Assembly (NCBI GenBank): GCA_963693055.1
Contig: OY843751.1
Span: 1,632,001-1,696,000 of the forward strand
Origin: a bacterium
GTDB lineage: Bacteria > Zhuqueibacterota > Zhuqueibacteria > Residuimicrobiales > Krinioviventaceae
Length of the DNA: 64,000 nt
Reading direction: 5' to 3'
In this document: positions 28,095 to 39,026 of the stretch, one piece after another
Layout: every line of letters starts with the position of its first letter
How positions within the stretch are numbered: the stretch's first letter is position 1
Translations under genes and position numbers: made by a program
Notes under the pieces: model-generated
Seen by the model: only the letters and a program-made list of their open reading frames with translations
The model's database searches: none
Told to the model about the DNA's origin: nothing

Positions 28095-29486
28095 TTATTG
28101 TTGCCAGGGTATACGACCTGCCTTTTGAATATGCAACATTAATGCTTTGAGCAGGAACTGGTATTGTGGATGCTGATCATCGGTAATGGGATGCTGTTCA
28201 GAGGGATCATCATCCAGATTGAAAAGAACATATGGTTCAAAGGGATTGTTTGCCAATAATTTCCAAGGACCACGTCTGGCTGCATAATAATCACTGCCGC
28301 GATAGCGGTTGTTACCTTCCCGTCGTACCCAGAATATGACACGGTCAGGGTCGCCCGCATCTTCTTTTCCCAAAAGCGCGTTGAGCATACTTTTGCCTTC
28401 AATCTCATGAGTTAGCGGCACACCGGCTGCTTCACAAAAAGTGGGAAAGAGGTCCATGGTCAGGGCCACGCCATTGCCGCTGCTTCCGGGTTTGATTTTA
28501 TCTTTCCAAACCGCGCACATGGGCTCACGGATGCCGCCTTCGTACATGTTTTGTTTTGCTCCACGCAGATGTAAATGATTTGCGCCCAGATCAACTCTGC
28601 CGCCATTGTCGGATGTGAATACAATGAGGGTATTGTTATATTGCCCGGTTTCTTTGAGCGCCTGAACAACCCTGCCTATACCGGCATCGAGATGTTCTAT
28701 GAGTGCTACCAATTTGACCCGTTTGGCATCCATTTGCGGTTCACGTTCACGTACCCTAGTCACCCAGTCTTTGGGCGGCTGAATTGGAGTATGCGGGGCA
28801 TTGTATGCCAAATAGAGAAAAAATGGATTGTCTGTTTCTGCCCGGCTTTTAATATAATCTGCCGACCAATCGGAGAAAAGATCGGAAGCATGTCCTTTGG
28901 GATCAATTTCTTTATCGTTCAAACGCATGTAATTATTACCATATCTTAGGTGGGTGTAATAATCATCCATCATGTCACCCAGAAAACCGTGAAAATGGTC
29001 AAATCCGCGTTCGTTCGGGGTAGAAGGAGATTTGAGTCCCAAATGCCACTTGCCAACAATGGCCGTGTGATAGTCGGCTTTTTTCAGCATCTGCGGGATC
29101 AGCACTGCATTGGGATTGAGGAAACCCCAACTGTCATCTGCATGAGTGCGGATCACACCGGGTACACCCACCAGATCGGGGTAACGACCAGTCAGCAGAG
29201 ACGCACGGGTGGGAGAGCATACGGGACAATTGGCATAAAAGGTATCGAACCGAATACCATCCGTATACAGTGCGTCAATATGGGGCGTGCGCATGTCTTT
29301 TGCGCCCATTGCGCCAAGATCGCCATAGCCCAGGTCATCCACCAGGATCATGAGAATATTGGGTTTGGGAGTTGATGCTTTAGAGTTTTGAGCGGTACAA
29401 GCTGCAAGGCCGGTTGAAACGGCTGCTGCACCCAGTGCTGTGGATTTGAGAAACGAACGGCGGGACAAACTGCTGGATTGAGACAT
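28095..29486 (-). CDS. Tat-exported sulfatase (S1 family)
   Basis: SRRSFLK Tat signal, DDLGYGD, CSPTRASLLTG formylglycine motif, GKWHLG, SDNG. Confidence 0.93.
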   Translation of the reverse strand: MSQSSSLSRRSFLKSTALGAAAVSTGLAACTAQNSKASTPKPNILMILVDDLGYGDLGAMGAKDMRTPHIDALYTDGIRFDTFYANCPVCSPTRASLLTGRYPDLVGVPGVIRTHADDSWGFLNPNAVLIPQMLKKADYHTAIVGKWHLGLKSPSTPNERGFDHFHGFLGDMMDDYYTHLRYGNNYMRLNDKEIDPKGHASDLFSDWSADYIKSRAETDNPFFLYLAYNAPHTPIQPPKDWVTRVREREPQMDAKRVKLVALIEHLDAGIGRVVQALKETGQYNNTLIVFTSDNGGRVDLGANHLHLRGAKQNMYEGGIREPMCAVWKDKIKPGSSGNGVALTMDLFPTFCEAAGVPLTHEIEGKSMLNALLGKEDAGDPDRVIFWVRREGNNRYRGSDYYAARRGPWKLLANNPFEPYVLFNLDDDPSEQHPITDDQHPQYQFLLKALMLHIQKAGRIPWQQ

Positions 29487-29701
29487 GTCAGGCTCCGTTT
29501 TTTATTCTAGTATAAGGAAAAATTTCTAATGGATAAAGGTTTTTATTGATTTTTTCATAATTTATCAGATTATTAAAATATACAGGCAATTCATTCTTTA
29601 AATTGAAATTTATATGGCTTTTGTAAACAATGTTGAGTTTGAATTCGTTTAAATAAAAAAGATCAAGTTTTTTATTAATATTTGGGGAAAGGGGTGTATT
29701 A

Positions 29702-31096
29702 ATGTACCGTTTTCAATTTGCTCTTGTAGGAATATTGGGACTTTTTCTGTTTATCTATTGCGAAAAACAGGCTCCATCTCAGGTCTCTGCAACCCCTTCT
29801 AAACAGGCTGAAATTGATAAAAATTATCAACCTTATATTTATCAACTGGACTCGCTGATTTATCCTCTTGAAGGAGCTTCTCCTTTGTTGAGTCAGGATG
29901 ATTTGAAACCGTTTGATGTAATAGGTAGCTGTAAAATAGTAGGATTGGGGGAAGCTACGCACGGGACCAAAGAATTTTTTCAACTCAAACACAGAATATT
30001 CCAATATCTTGTTGAAAATCATGGTTACCGTATCTTTGCCTTTGAATCGGATATGGGAGAATCGTGGTATGTAAATCAATATATATTACATGGTATTGGT
30101 GATTTGGATGATATTATGAGAAATAAAATGCTGTTTTGGACATGGAGAACAAAAGAGGTGAAGGAATTACTACAATGGATGAGAAAGTATAATGTTGAGA
30201 ATGATGAGAAAATATATTTTGTTGGGATTGATTGTCAAATATTGTTGTTTCAAACAGAAATTATTCTCTCATATATAACACAATACTTGCCTGATTATCT
30301 TGACCAGGTTCAATCACGGCTTGATAAATTAATAGAGCATAGTCGTAACACAACAAAACAAAAGCAAGCTTGGTGCGAGGGTATGACATCTGATGATAAG
30401 AAAGATTTGAATGATGATGTAGATTCTGTCATTGCACTGATGGATTCAAAAAAAGCAGAACTTGTTCATGTTTCTTCATATTTCGAGTTCAAGTATATGC
30501 GACGATTACTGGTGAATTTGAAGCAAATCCTGGATGTAAAGTGTACGACTGCCAATACAATGGGTACTAATTATCGTGATATGTATATGGCGGAGAATGT
30601 GATATGGCTGATAAAAGCACTTGGCATTGAATCTAAAATTGCCGTTTGGGCCCATAATGCGCATATTGAGAACAATCCTTTACTCGGGTCTACGGGTTCT
30701 ATGGGATCATATATTAAAACTGAATTGGGAGAACAGTGTAAACTCGTTGGATTCAGTTTTGCACAGGGATCTTTTATTGCCTATACCCAAAGTCAGTCAG
30801 GACAAAATCTGTCAAGAGAAACCCAAACATTGCCTGCATTGCCTGTAACCGGATCAATTAATTATTTGTTCCATTTCTCTAAAGAAGACAATTTTATTTT
30901 AAATTTAGATGAAATTAGTCCAGGATCAATTTTATTTGAGTGGTTAACCCCTGCAAGACAGTTTATTATTGTTGGTACACATTTCAATGAATATTATTAT
31001 AAAAACGCAAAAAGTAATTATCAATATACTCAATTGTTGGATTATTATGATATTGTTATCCATTATGATAAAACCAGGGCATCCGAGCCATTATAA
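29702..31096 (+). CDS. Erythromycin esterase-family lipoprotein
   Basis: VGLGEATHGTKEFF, RD.YMAENV, VWAHNAHI; signal peptide ending in Cys. Confidence 0.85.
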   Translation: MYRFQFALVGILGLFLFIYCEKQAPSQVSATPSKQAEIDKNYQPYIYQLDSLIYPLEGASPLLSQDDLKPFDVIGSCKIVGLGEATHGTKEFFQLKHRIFQYLVENHGYRIFAFESDMGESWYVNQYILHGIGDLDDIMRNKMLFWTWRTKEVKELLQWMRKYNVENDEKIYFVGIDCQILLFQTEIILSYITQYLPDYLDQVQSRLDKLIEHSRNTTKQKQAWCEGMTSDDKKDLNDDVDSVIALMDSKKAELVHVSSYFEFKYMRRLLVNLKQILDVKCTTANTMGTNYRDMYMAENVIWLIKALGIESKIAVWAHNAHIENNPLLGSTGSMGSYIKTELGEQCKLVGFSFAQGSFIAYTQSQSGQNLSRETQTLPALPVTGSINYLFHFSKEDNFILNLDEISPGSILFEWLTPARQFIIVGTHFNEYYYKNAKSNYQYTQLLDYYDIVIHYDKTRASEPL

Positions 31097-31219
31097 AATG
31101 GAATTTAATATTGATTTATATTGATAAATACACGAAATTGTTAAATCGGGGTTGTTGACTGATTTATATAACACATACTGTTACAGAAGCCGGGAATCTG
31201 AATTGGGAAGGATAATAGA

Positions 31220-32026
31220 ATGAATTGCTCAAAAACCCATATAGTAATTGTATTATTTTTATTTTTCTTTTTTTGGGGATGTGAAAAGAAATATAATCCT
31301 GTAGAAGCGGATACAAGTAATGTGGAATCAAGTTACCCAACTGTTTATTATCCGTTACCGGAAGATTATTTACAGGAACGCGCCAAAGCGTTTGACGAAC
31401 TTAATCCGGGTTTCAGCCCGGCAGAGTTTGATGAATATGGTTTTTTAAATATACCGTCCCATAATTTATCTAACATGCATTTTGGAAGCAAAGATACCAT
31501 TGCAAAAGAAAAAGCAGTAGAACTAGCACAACAATTTGTAATTAAAAACAAAAAGTTCACAAATGTGTATTCTGTTACAAATTTAAACAACTATTTTGCT
31601 GCCTATTGTGGGAATCATTGGGAAATCATTTTTAAACAGACAATTTTTGGTTACCCGATAAAGCATCCCGATGTTCAGATTTTAGTATATGTAAAAGATA
31701 ATGGTGTCTATGCTATTTATGGAGGATTTTATACAAATTCTCTGATCACTAAACCTGAAAAATATAATCGTATCAAAGCAATATCGAATCTTGATGGATA
31801 CCGCAGAAATTATAATTGTTGGGGTTCGTTTGAAATGGTAGTAGAGGCAGATATGATTGGCGAGCCCAATGATATTTTCTGGTGCGCGTTTGATATGGAT
31901 GGATGCAAGGAATTACATCTGGTGTGGCAAGTTCCCATAATGGACAATTATAACAGATATTGGATAGCATATGTTGATGCAATTACTTTTGAGGTTTTAA
32001 TTCTGGACCATTTATTTGTCTGTTAA
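31220..32026 (+). CDS. Hypothetical lipoprotein, paralog A (FTP/PepSY-propeptide-like)
   Basis: FWGC lipobox; shared blocks with the next gene. Confidence 0.75.
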   Translation: MNCSKTHIVIVLFLFFFFWGCEKKYNPVEADTSNVESSYPTVYYPLPEDYLQERAKAFDELNPGFSPAEFDEYGFLNIPSHNLSNMHFGSKDTIAKEKAVELAQQFVIKNKKFTNVYSVTNLNNYFAAYCGNHWEIIFKQTIFGYPIKHPDVQILVYVKDNGVYAIYGGFYTNSLITKPEKYNRIKAISNLDGYRRNYNCWGSFEMVVEADMIGEPNDIFWCAFDMDGCKELHLVWQVPIMDNYNRYWIAYVDAITFEVLILDHLFVC

Positions 32027-32071
32027 ATGTCCATATGAAATAAATATTTAGTGTTTTAAAAAGGGGTCGCT

Positions 32072-32851
32072 ATGAAAATTAAAAAATATTTAATCATACC
32101 CATTCTGTTTCCGATTCTTTGGGGTTGTGAGAACAGATCTGCAATTGTGCAGCCCAAACAAGAAATGCAAACCTATCCTGCAATCAATACTGCCTTGTCA
32201 CAAAAAGACATTGACAAATTACAAAATGATTTCAAGGTGGCATATCCCGAAATGAGTACAGCAACTTTTGATGAATATGGTTTTATCAGCATGTCGCACA
32301 AAAGACCAGATGCTAATGGATCCTCCGTCTGGAGTAAAGATAAAGCAATTGAAATGGCAAGATCATTTATTCTCGATGTTGCAGAATTTGTCCATCTGGA
32401 AAACTCGGAGGATTTGTTGTTAAATGATTCCAGTAAGTATGGTGATCGCTGGATTGTTACCTTTCAACAACAAAAGCTGGGAATACCGGTTTATAATAAC
32501 AAGATTCGAGTCTTAATTTACAATTCAGGCGTTAATGCGATTGAAGCGGGATTTTACCAAAACATAACCGTGCCGGAAGCACCTCCTTTTGATCAAGAAG
32601 CCATCGCAAATAAAATTACAGGCTATGAATTTATTTTTTATTGTTGGGGACCTGTAAATGTAGTGCTGGATAAAGACATGATGGGCACAGAACACCAGTT
32701 GGTTTTGTATCCGTTGCGAAAGGAAAATTATCGACAGATCCATCTTGCCTGGCAGATTCCGTTGACCGTATCAAACAGCTTTGAATTCTTGTTGTTTGTT
32801 GATGCAATCACTTTTGAGGTGTTGGCAGTTAATCCGTTGTTTATTTGCTGA
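32072..32851 (+). CDS. Hypothetical lipoprotein, paralog B (FTP/PepSY-propeptide-like)
   Basis: LWGC lipobox; FQQ..LGIPVY, LAWQI, FVDA.T.EVL. Confidence 0.75.
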   Translation: MKIKKYLIIPILFPILWGCENRSAIVQPKQEMQTYPAINTALSQKDIDKLQNDFKVAYPEMSTATFDEYGFISMSHKRPDANGSSVWSKDKAIEMARSFILDVAEFVHLENSEDLLLNDSSKYGDRWIVTFQQQKLGIPVYNNKIRVLIYNSGVNAIEAGFYQNITVPEAPPFDQEAIANKITGYEFIFYCWGPVNVVLDKDMMGTEHQLVLYPLRKENYRQIHLAWQIPLTVSNSFEFLLFVDAITFEVLAVNPLFIC

Positions 32852-32879
32852 ATGAATAATTTAAGGACAAGGTTGTAAC

Positions 32880-34130
32880 GTGAAAAAGTATCTATTAATT
32901 ATATTAACATTTTCAATATGTTTTACTGGTTGTTCGTTTAAACATGGCTCCATTTCTGGCACTGTAACCGGTCCTAATGGTAAAGAATTGAAAACATCCG
33001 GGGTATTGATTGAGGGATTTACAAATGCAATCGTTCATCAGTATACGGAAGATGGCAAATTTGCGTTTGATAACCTGGAACCCGGTGTTTACAAAGTCAT
33101 TGTATATGGATTGCATCATGAGACAATTAATTTTATACCCATAGTCCTGGAAAAGGGAGAGGATATTAATCTGAAAATTGAACTTGATCCCGTTTATTTA
33201 CAGACCGAAGCGAGTTCTCTTGATTTAATTGTTTACGAGAAAAAGTTGGTTCCACCTAATGTTATCCCTATGCCTCAAAAGCAAGATGGTACATATGCTG
33301 CCAAAATCCCAACTCCTGGCGATACTATTTATTATCAGGTGGGCGGAATATTCAAGATGAGAGATCATGATGTTGATGTCGAAAAAGTAACTGCCGGAAC
33401 ACAAGCAGATGATTACCTGTTTGTACAGCGCTTATTTGACCGAAACAGTGGTGCTATTGCCTCAATTCTTGTCACTCCAGACGAGTTGACAGAGATCGTG
33501 TTTGATCCGCCGGGATTGCAAGGAGGGGAAGAGAAAGGATCTGTCAACGTTGAACCGGAAAACAGCCTGGCCGCAAAGGTTTGTGACAAATGGTCCCGAA
33601 TCCGTAAAAAGAAACTCGACCTGGATAATGCAAGGTGGGTAAATCATGATACGTTGGATGTTGTGTATAAAGCAGAATATTATAAATGGCTAAAGAACCA
33701 ATACAAACACGAAAAAAATAAATTGGTGCAAGATTATCTGTTACTATCCATGATGGATATGGAATATTGTAAATTTGATTACAGGTTTATATACAAAAAT
33801 ATTAAAATAGAGCCTGGTTCGCTGGCATACAGTCTGATAGATATGGATCTGGTGGGAATACTGGGTAGATTGTATTCATTGTCAAGAGAACCCAAGGCGA
33901 TTAATGCTCTTGAAGCTATCATTGAAGAAAATCCCAATCCCAACATACAGGCTCAAGTACTGTTGTATTTGGTTTCAGTATTTTATAAAACGGATAATGA
34001 TCGGGCAATGGAGTATTATAAACGGCTGGTTGTTTTTTATTTTGATACGCATGTGGCCCAGGAAGCCATTCGAAAATATGATCCTGAAAATATCATAACA
34101 CAGGAGATATTGAAAAACAATAGTATTTGA
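32880..34130 (+). CDS. Lipoprotein with carboxypeptidase-regulatory-like (prealbumin-fold) domain
   Basis: FTGC lipobox; GSISGTVT..G, DGKFAFDNLEPGVY. Confidence 0.75.
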   Translation: MKKYLLIILTFSICFTGCSFKHGSISGTVTGPNGKELKTSGVLIEGFTNAIVHQYTEDGKFAFDNLEPGVYKVIVYGLHHETINFIPIVLEKGEDINLKIELDPVYLQTEASSLDLIVYEKKLVPPNVIPMPQKQDGTYAAKIPTPGDTIYYQVGGIFKMRDHDVDVEKVTAGTQADDYLFVQRLFDRNSGAIASILVTPDELTEIVFDPPGLQGGEEKGSVNVEPENSLAAKVCDKWSRIRKKKLDLDNARWVNHDTLDVVYKAEYYKWLKNQYKHEKNKLVQDYLLLSMMDMEYCKFDYRFIYKNIKIEPGSLAYSLIDMDLVGILGRLYSLSREPKAINALEAIIEENPNPNIQAQVLLYLVSVFYKTDNDRAMEYYKRLVVFYFDTHVAQEAIRKYDPENIITQEILKNNSI

Positions 34131-34258
34131 TATCTTTTGCCGGGGGAATTCAATTTTTTTAAATAAAATTACATTTTGGGGAATATGGTTACAACAATTA
34201 ATGTTTAAACATTCAAATTGACAAGATATAATTTGAATATTATATAAAGGAGAACATT

Positions 34259-35110
34259 ATGAGTAAAACTGTATTGGTAACAGGAGCAACCGGAAGTCAG
34301 GGTGGCGCTGTAGCACGCGAGTTATTGAAAAAGAAATTTAATGTACGAGCAATGACCCGTAATCCTGATAGTGAAGCGGCTAACGCACTCAAAGCCCTGG
34401 GTGCGGATATTGTTAAAGCTGATTTTGAAAATACAGAATCTTTAGTGAATGCAGTTGCAGGTGCCTGGGGAGTATTTTCAGTCCAGAATACCTGGGAAAG
34501 CGGTGCAGAGAAAGAGATAGAGCATGGTATTAAACTCGCTTCTGTAGCCAAAGACGCAGGTGTAGAACACTTTGTTTATACTTCGGTACAATCTGCTGAT
34601 CGGAATACGGGAGTACCCCATTTTGACAGCAAATTTGAAATTGAAAAAGCAGTCAGGAAAACGGGATTCCCGACATATACTATATTACGTCCTGTCTTTT
34701 TTATGGACAATTACACCGGTCCCTTTTTCAAACCCGGTTTGGATGAAGGCAAGTTGACTGTAGGCATCAGACCCAATACGCCACTGCAGGTTATAGCAGT
34801 TGATGATATTGGTAGATATGCCGCACTTGTATTTGAAAAAAACAACGAGTTTGATGGCAAAGCTTTGAGCCTTGCTGGTGATTCATTAACCATGCCTGAA
34901 ACTGTTGACATTTTGTCAAGTTTAAATGGCAAGACCTTTACATTTGAGCCAACACCCATTGAGCAGGTACGTCAGTTTAGCAGTGACTTTGCATCCATGC
35001 TCGAATGGTTTGATAGTGTAGGATATAATGTGGATATTGATGAATTAGCTCAACAAACCGGAATCAAACCCGTGACATTCAAAGAATGGTCAGCAGATAA
35101 AAAATGGTAA
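34259..35110 (+). CDS. NmrA/HSCARG-family NAD(P)-binding protein
   Basis: GATGSQGG, GVPHFDSK, LRPVFFMDN. Confidence 0.92.
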   Translation: MSKTVLVTGATGSQGGAVARELLKKKFNVRAMTRNPDSEAANALKALGADIVKADFENTESLVNAVAGAWGVFSVQNTWESGAEKEIEHGIKLASVAKDAGVEHFVYTSVQSADRNTGVPHFDSKFEIEKAVRKTGFPTYTILRPVFFMDNYTGPFFKPGLDEGKLTVGIRPNTPLQVIAVDDIGRYAALVFEKNNEFDGKALSLAGDSLTMPETVDILSSLNGKTFTFEPTPIEQVRQFSSDFASMLEWFDSVGYNVDIDELAQQTGIKPVTFKEWSADKKW

Positions 35111-35132
35111 TCTTGATATGAATCCATAATTC

Positions 35133-35169
35133 AACGCGTGGTGAGCGATATGCTCATTACGCGTTTTTT
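35133..35169 (+). terminator. Intrinsic terminator
   Basis: AACGCGTGGTGAGC / GCTCATTACGCGTT followed by a T run. Confidence 0.75.
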
Positions 35170-35351
35170 ATTATCATTTAACTGAAATTTTTTTTGTCTT
35201 GTTATGGTTATGAAAAAAACTCTGGAACTGAATTTCTTTCTTTATATATCCCGGTAATACCTTTCCTTTGATCAAGTCAATCCTTTGAAAAAATCAGGAT
35301 AAATTATCCTGGCCCTTTTTATTCTTGAATCATTAAACAAGGAGGTTTATT

Positions 35352-36244
35352 ATGATTCTGGTAATAGGTGCAACAGGAATGGTTGGTGGGCAAGTATGCC
35401 GCCAGTTGGCAATGGAAGCATTGCCTGTACGCGCTATGATCAGAAACTCTTCGGACCCGGCAAAGGTCCGTGATTTAAGTGATATGGGTGTAGAACTGGT
35501 TCGGGGGGATTTGCGAGACACATCTACTTTTGCACCCGCTTTGAAAAATGTTAGTGAAGTCATTTTAACGGCTTCGTCCATGCCATTTTCTTATATTGCA
35601 AATGTGAATGATATTGAAAATGTGGATAAAAAAGGAGTAATGAATTTTATCGACCGGGCAATGCGAGAATATGTAGAAAAGTTTATATACTTGTCTTTTT
35701 CCGGGCACCTGGATGAAGAGTGTCCCTTGCAAAAAGCCAAACGAGCAGTAGAGAACCATTTGAAAAAAAGTGGTATAAAATATACCATACTACGACCCAG
35801 TTTTTTTATGGAAGTCTGGTTAACTCCGGCTGTAGGATTTGACGCGGAACATCATCATGTACATTTATATGGAGATGGAAATAAACCCATCAGTTATATT
35901 TCGTATCGTGATGTTGCCCGGTTTGCCATTGAAAGCTTGACGAATCCCGCTGCGAAAAATGCAATTTTAGAGATCGGTGGGCCAAACCAGTTATCTCAAT
36001 GGGATGCGGTACGGATTTTTGAAGAAGTCTCGGGTGCGCACTTTGATATTGAACGGATCCCGCTCGAGGTTCTTGAAAAACAACGTCTGGATGCCAAGGA
36101 CCCCATGCAGAAATCATTTCCAACTTTGATGATTGATGCGGCCAAGGGGACCCTATTGAAATGAACGAGTTATCTAAAAAATTTCATGTGCCGTTAACCT
36201 CGGTGCGTCAATACGCATCAATTGTTGTAAATCGGCGACATTGA
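35352..36244 (+). CDS. NmrA-like atypical SDR; probable one-base frameshift near the 3' end (as given, stops at 36164)
   Basis: GATGMVGG, LRPSFFME; alternative frame after the G4 run at 36146-36149 continues DPIEMNELSKKFHVPLTSVRQYA to TGA 36244. Confidence 0.75.
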
Positions 36245-36258
36245 AATGGAGGTGTTCC

Positions 36259-37182
36259 ATGAAAAGTTTTAAGAAATTTTGGTTAATTAATACTTTGATT
36301 TTGCTATTTCTGACTCTGGGAATTCATGCGGAAACAGGTATGAATAGTGAAACAGCAGCAAGACTCGATTCCATAGGATTGGAATTTTTTAATCAGGGCG
36401 AGTTTGATAAAGCAATTGAGAGTTATCAAAGCGCGTTAAAAATGGATCCAACATTTACCAGACCCTTGTGGGGATTGGCAGCTTCATATGTTCTAAATGA
36501 CGAAACGGACAAGGCAATTGATATGATTTCGAATCGTTTGGATAATTGTACAGATTCGGATATGAAAATTAATTTGAAACTTGAATTGAGCGGTTTGATG
36601 TACATCGAAAAGAAGAATGTTCAAGCAAACAAAATTTTAATGGATATACAAAACAATCTTGATGAGATACCAGATGCAACAGATCAGTTACTGCTGCTGC
36701 AAACAATGGGTATGATCTGGCGTGAAGGGGGAGACATGACCCATGCTGAATTGGCCAACCAAAAGCGTTTAGAGATTGTGAAAACTGCTGATATTGCTGA
36801 TTCTTTAAAATTACCTCATCATGCAAATTCTTTGTGGGACCTGGCCCATTTTGCGATAATAAGGGGGGATATGACCAAAGCTAAAGAATGTGAAATTGCA
36901 ATGCTAAATCTGGATATTGAAAATCCTGAAGAAACTTTGCCATATCAGAAAATGCAGGCCGTGTTTGCATTATATGGCGGGCGTTATGATGAAGCTATAG
37001 ACTTTTTTAAAACACAAAAAACAAATGTTGGCATGAAACGTCTTGCTTTTGCATATACCCAAAAAGGTGATTCTGAAATGGCAAACCAGGTTATTGCTGA
37101 ATTGGCATCAAACTATCAAAGGGGAATACTTTACCTTATGATCCGTAACAACATGGTTAATGGTTTGAATCCTGTATTATAA
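36259..37182 (+). CDS. Exported TPR-repeat protein
   Basis: GGAGGT RBS, signal peptide, G.FDKAIESY..AL..DP TPR. Confidence 0.78.
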   Translation: MKSFKKFWLINTLILLFLTLGIHAETGMNSETAARLDSIGLEFFNQGEFDKAIESYQSALKMDPTFTRPLWGLAASYVLNDETDKAIDMISNRLDNCTDSDMKINLKLELSGLMYIEKKNVQANKILMDIQNNLDEIPDATDQLLLLQTMGMIWREGGDMTHAELANQKRLEIVKTADIADSLKLPHHANSLWDLAHFAIIRGDMTKAKECEIAMLNLDIENPEETLPYQKMQAVFALYGGRYDEAIDFFKTQKTNVGMKRLAFAYTQKGDSEMANQVIAELASNYQRGILYLMIRNNMVNGLNPVL

Positions 37183-37191
37183 AATAACAAT

Positions 37192-37232
37192 CCACAAAAG
37201 AGCTGATTAAGAAAATTTCAGCTCTTTTGTGG
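37192..37232 (+). terminator. Long inverted repeat / terminator
   Basis: CCACAAAAGAGCTGA / TCAGCTCTTTTGTGG 15-bp arms. Confidence 0.6.
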
Positions 37233-37317
37233 GTAACCTGAAATTTTTTTATTGCCCTGTGTATTGAATTTGCTTATGTTAAATCATGGCAAAACACATT
37301 AATCAGGAGGTTGGGTA

Positions 37318-38907
37318 ATGAAAAAAGTATTACTGGTTTTATGCGTGTTTTTAAATTTTGCAGTTGTTCAGGCGGGTAACTCTTTTCTTTCTGTCATGGA
37401 TTATGGTGCCAAAGGAGACGGAAATACTCTGGATACCCAGGCGATCCAACAGACAATTGATGCTGTAGCAGAGAATGGAGGCGGTTCGGTTTATCTTCCG
37501 TCTGGTACCTATTTGTCCGGTACTTTATTTTTCAAAAGTCATGTCAGTTTATATCTGGAAGCGGGTGCAACTTTACTGGGCAGCACGAATCTGGATGATT
37601 ATCCGGTTACGGTATGCGAATACCGGTCCTATACGGATAATTATACCGTGCGCAGTTTGATTTATGCCGAAAAAGTTGAAAATGTGTCTATTCTGGGACG
37701 TGGTACACTGAATGGCCAGGGTGCGGCTTTTAAAGAGCGACGTACCAAAGAAAATCCTTACAAAGACCGTCCGTATATGATTAGAATGATTGAATGCAAG
37801 GACGTAACGATCAGGGATGTTACAATTATCAACTCTCCCATGTGGGTACAACACTATATTGCTTGTGATGATTTGCTGATTGACGGGATAACCGTAAGCA
37901 GTTTTGTCGCGGGGAATAATGATGGTATTGATGTTGACAGTTGTCATCGTGTTCGGATCTCCAATTGTGATATTTACAGTGGTGATGATGCTATTGTGTT
38001 AAAAGCAACATCGGCACGTGCCTGTAAAGATGTTACGGTAACCAATTGTGTGTTGTCAACACATTGTAATGCATTCAAACTGGGTACCGAATCTAATGGC
38101 GGGTTCCAGAATATCACTTTTAGTAACAGCACCGTGTTTGATACCCGGTTATCTGCCGTTGCTCTTGAAATGGTTGATGGCGGATTACTGGAGCGTGTAA
38201 CGGTGAACAATATTGTGCTCAATAATGTGGGTAATGCAATATTTATCCGTTTAGGAAACCGTGCACGTCCATTTTTGTCAAAAGGTCCTGGCGGATCACA
38301 AGGAACCTGGGAACGAAAAGCCGAGCTTGAACCTCCCGGAATGGGCGCGTTGCGCAAGGTTGTCATCTCGAATATGCAGGGAATTGATGTAGGACCTGTG
38401 GGATGTTCCATCACCGGTTTACCCGGCTATGATGTAGAGGATATAACCATTTCCAATATCAATCTGGAATGTGTTGGCGGCGGTACAGCAGACATGATTG
38501 ATCGGGAAATTCCAGAAAAAGAAGATGCCTACCCCGAGTTCAAAATGTTTGGTGAATTACCGGCATATGGATTTTATGTGCGTCATGTTGATGACATAAA
38601 ATTTGACAATATAGAGCTGACGTACAAGAATGACGATGTTCGTCCTGTTTTTGTTTTTGATGATGTAAAAAATCTGGATCTGTTTGATGTTGACGGCGAA
38701 TTGGCTGCAACGGCTCCTGCATTTATGATCATGAAAAATATTGATGGTGCTTTTGTGCATGGCAACCGTCCCACACGAAATATGGGCGTGTTTATTAAAG
38801 CAGAATCTGCAAAAAAAGTTATGGTTATGAACAATGATTTATCGAATGTGAAAACTGTTTTGGATAAATCAGATGCTGTGAAAAAAGAAGATATTGTAAT
38901 AAAATAA
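37318..38907 (+). CDS. GH28-family glycoside hydrolase (polygalacturonase-like beta-helix)
   Basis: DYGAKGDG, NNDGID, GDDAIVLK, KLGTES; signal peptide. Confidence 0.9.
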   Translation: MKKVLLVLCVFLNFAVVQAGNSFLSVMDYGAKGDGNTLDTQAIQQTIDAVAENGGGSVYLPSGTYLSGTLFFKSHVSLYLEAGATLLGSTNLDDYPVTVCEYRSYTDNYTVRSLIYAEKVENVSILGRGTLNGQGAAFKERRTKENPYKDRPYMIRMIECKDVTIRDVTIINSPMWVQHYIACDDLLIDGITVSSFVAGNNDGIDVDSCHRVRISNCDIYSGDDAIVLKATSARACKDVTVTNCVLSTHCNAFKLGTESNGGFQNITFSNSTVFDTRLSAVALEMVDGGLLERVTVNNIVLNNVGNAIFIRLGNRARPFLSKGPGGSQGTWERKAELEPPGMGALRKVVISNMQGIDVGPVGCSITGLPGYDVEDITISNINLECVGGGTADMIDREIPEKEDAYPEFKMFGELPAYGFYVRHVDDIKFDNIELTYKNDDVRPVFVFDDVKNLDLFDVDGELAATAPAFMIMKNIDGAFVHGNRPTRNMGVFIKAESAKKVMVMNNDLSNVKTVLDKSDAVKKEDIVIK

Positions 38908-39026
38908 TTTGAATTTTTAGATACTGATGAAACAAAACACCCTGTCATACACGTAAAAATAATCATATTATGATAATGTCAGGTGGTTTTGTTTTCATCA
39001 GTTTTTTATAAAAGGAGTGTAAAGAA

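Noticed and set aside
29702-31096. Macrolide resistance gene (ereA/ereB)
   Set aside because: Family motifs only; lipoprotein members are widespread and activity on macrolides cannot be inferred
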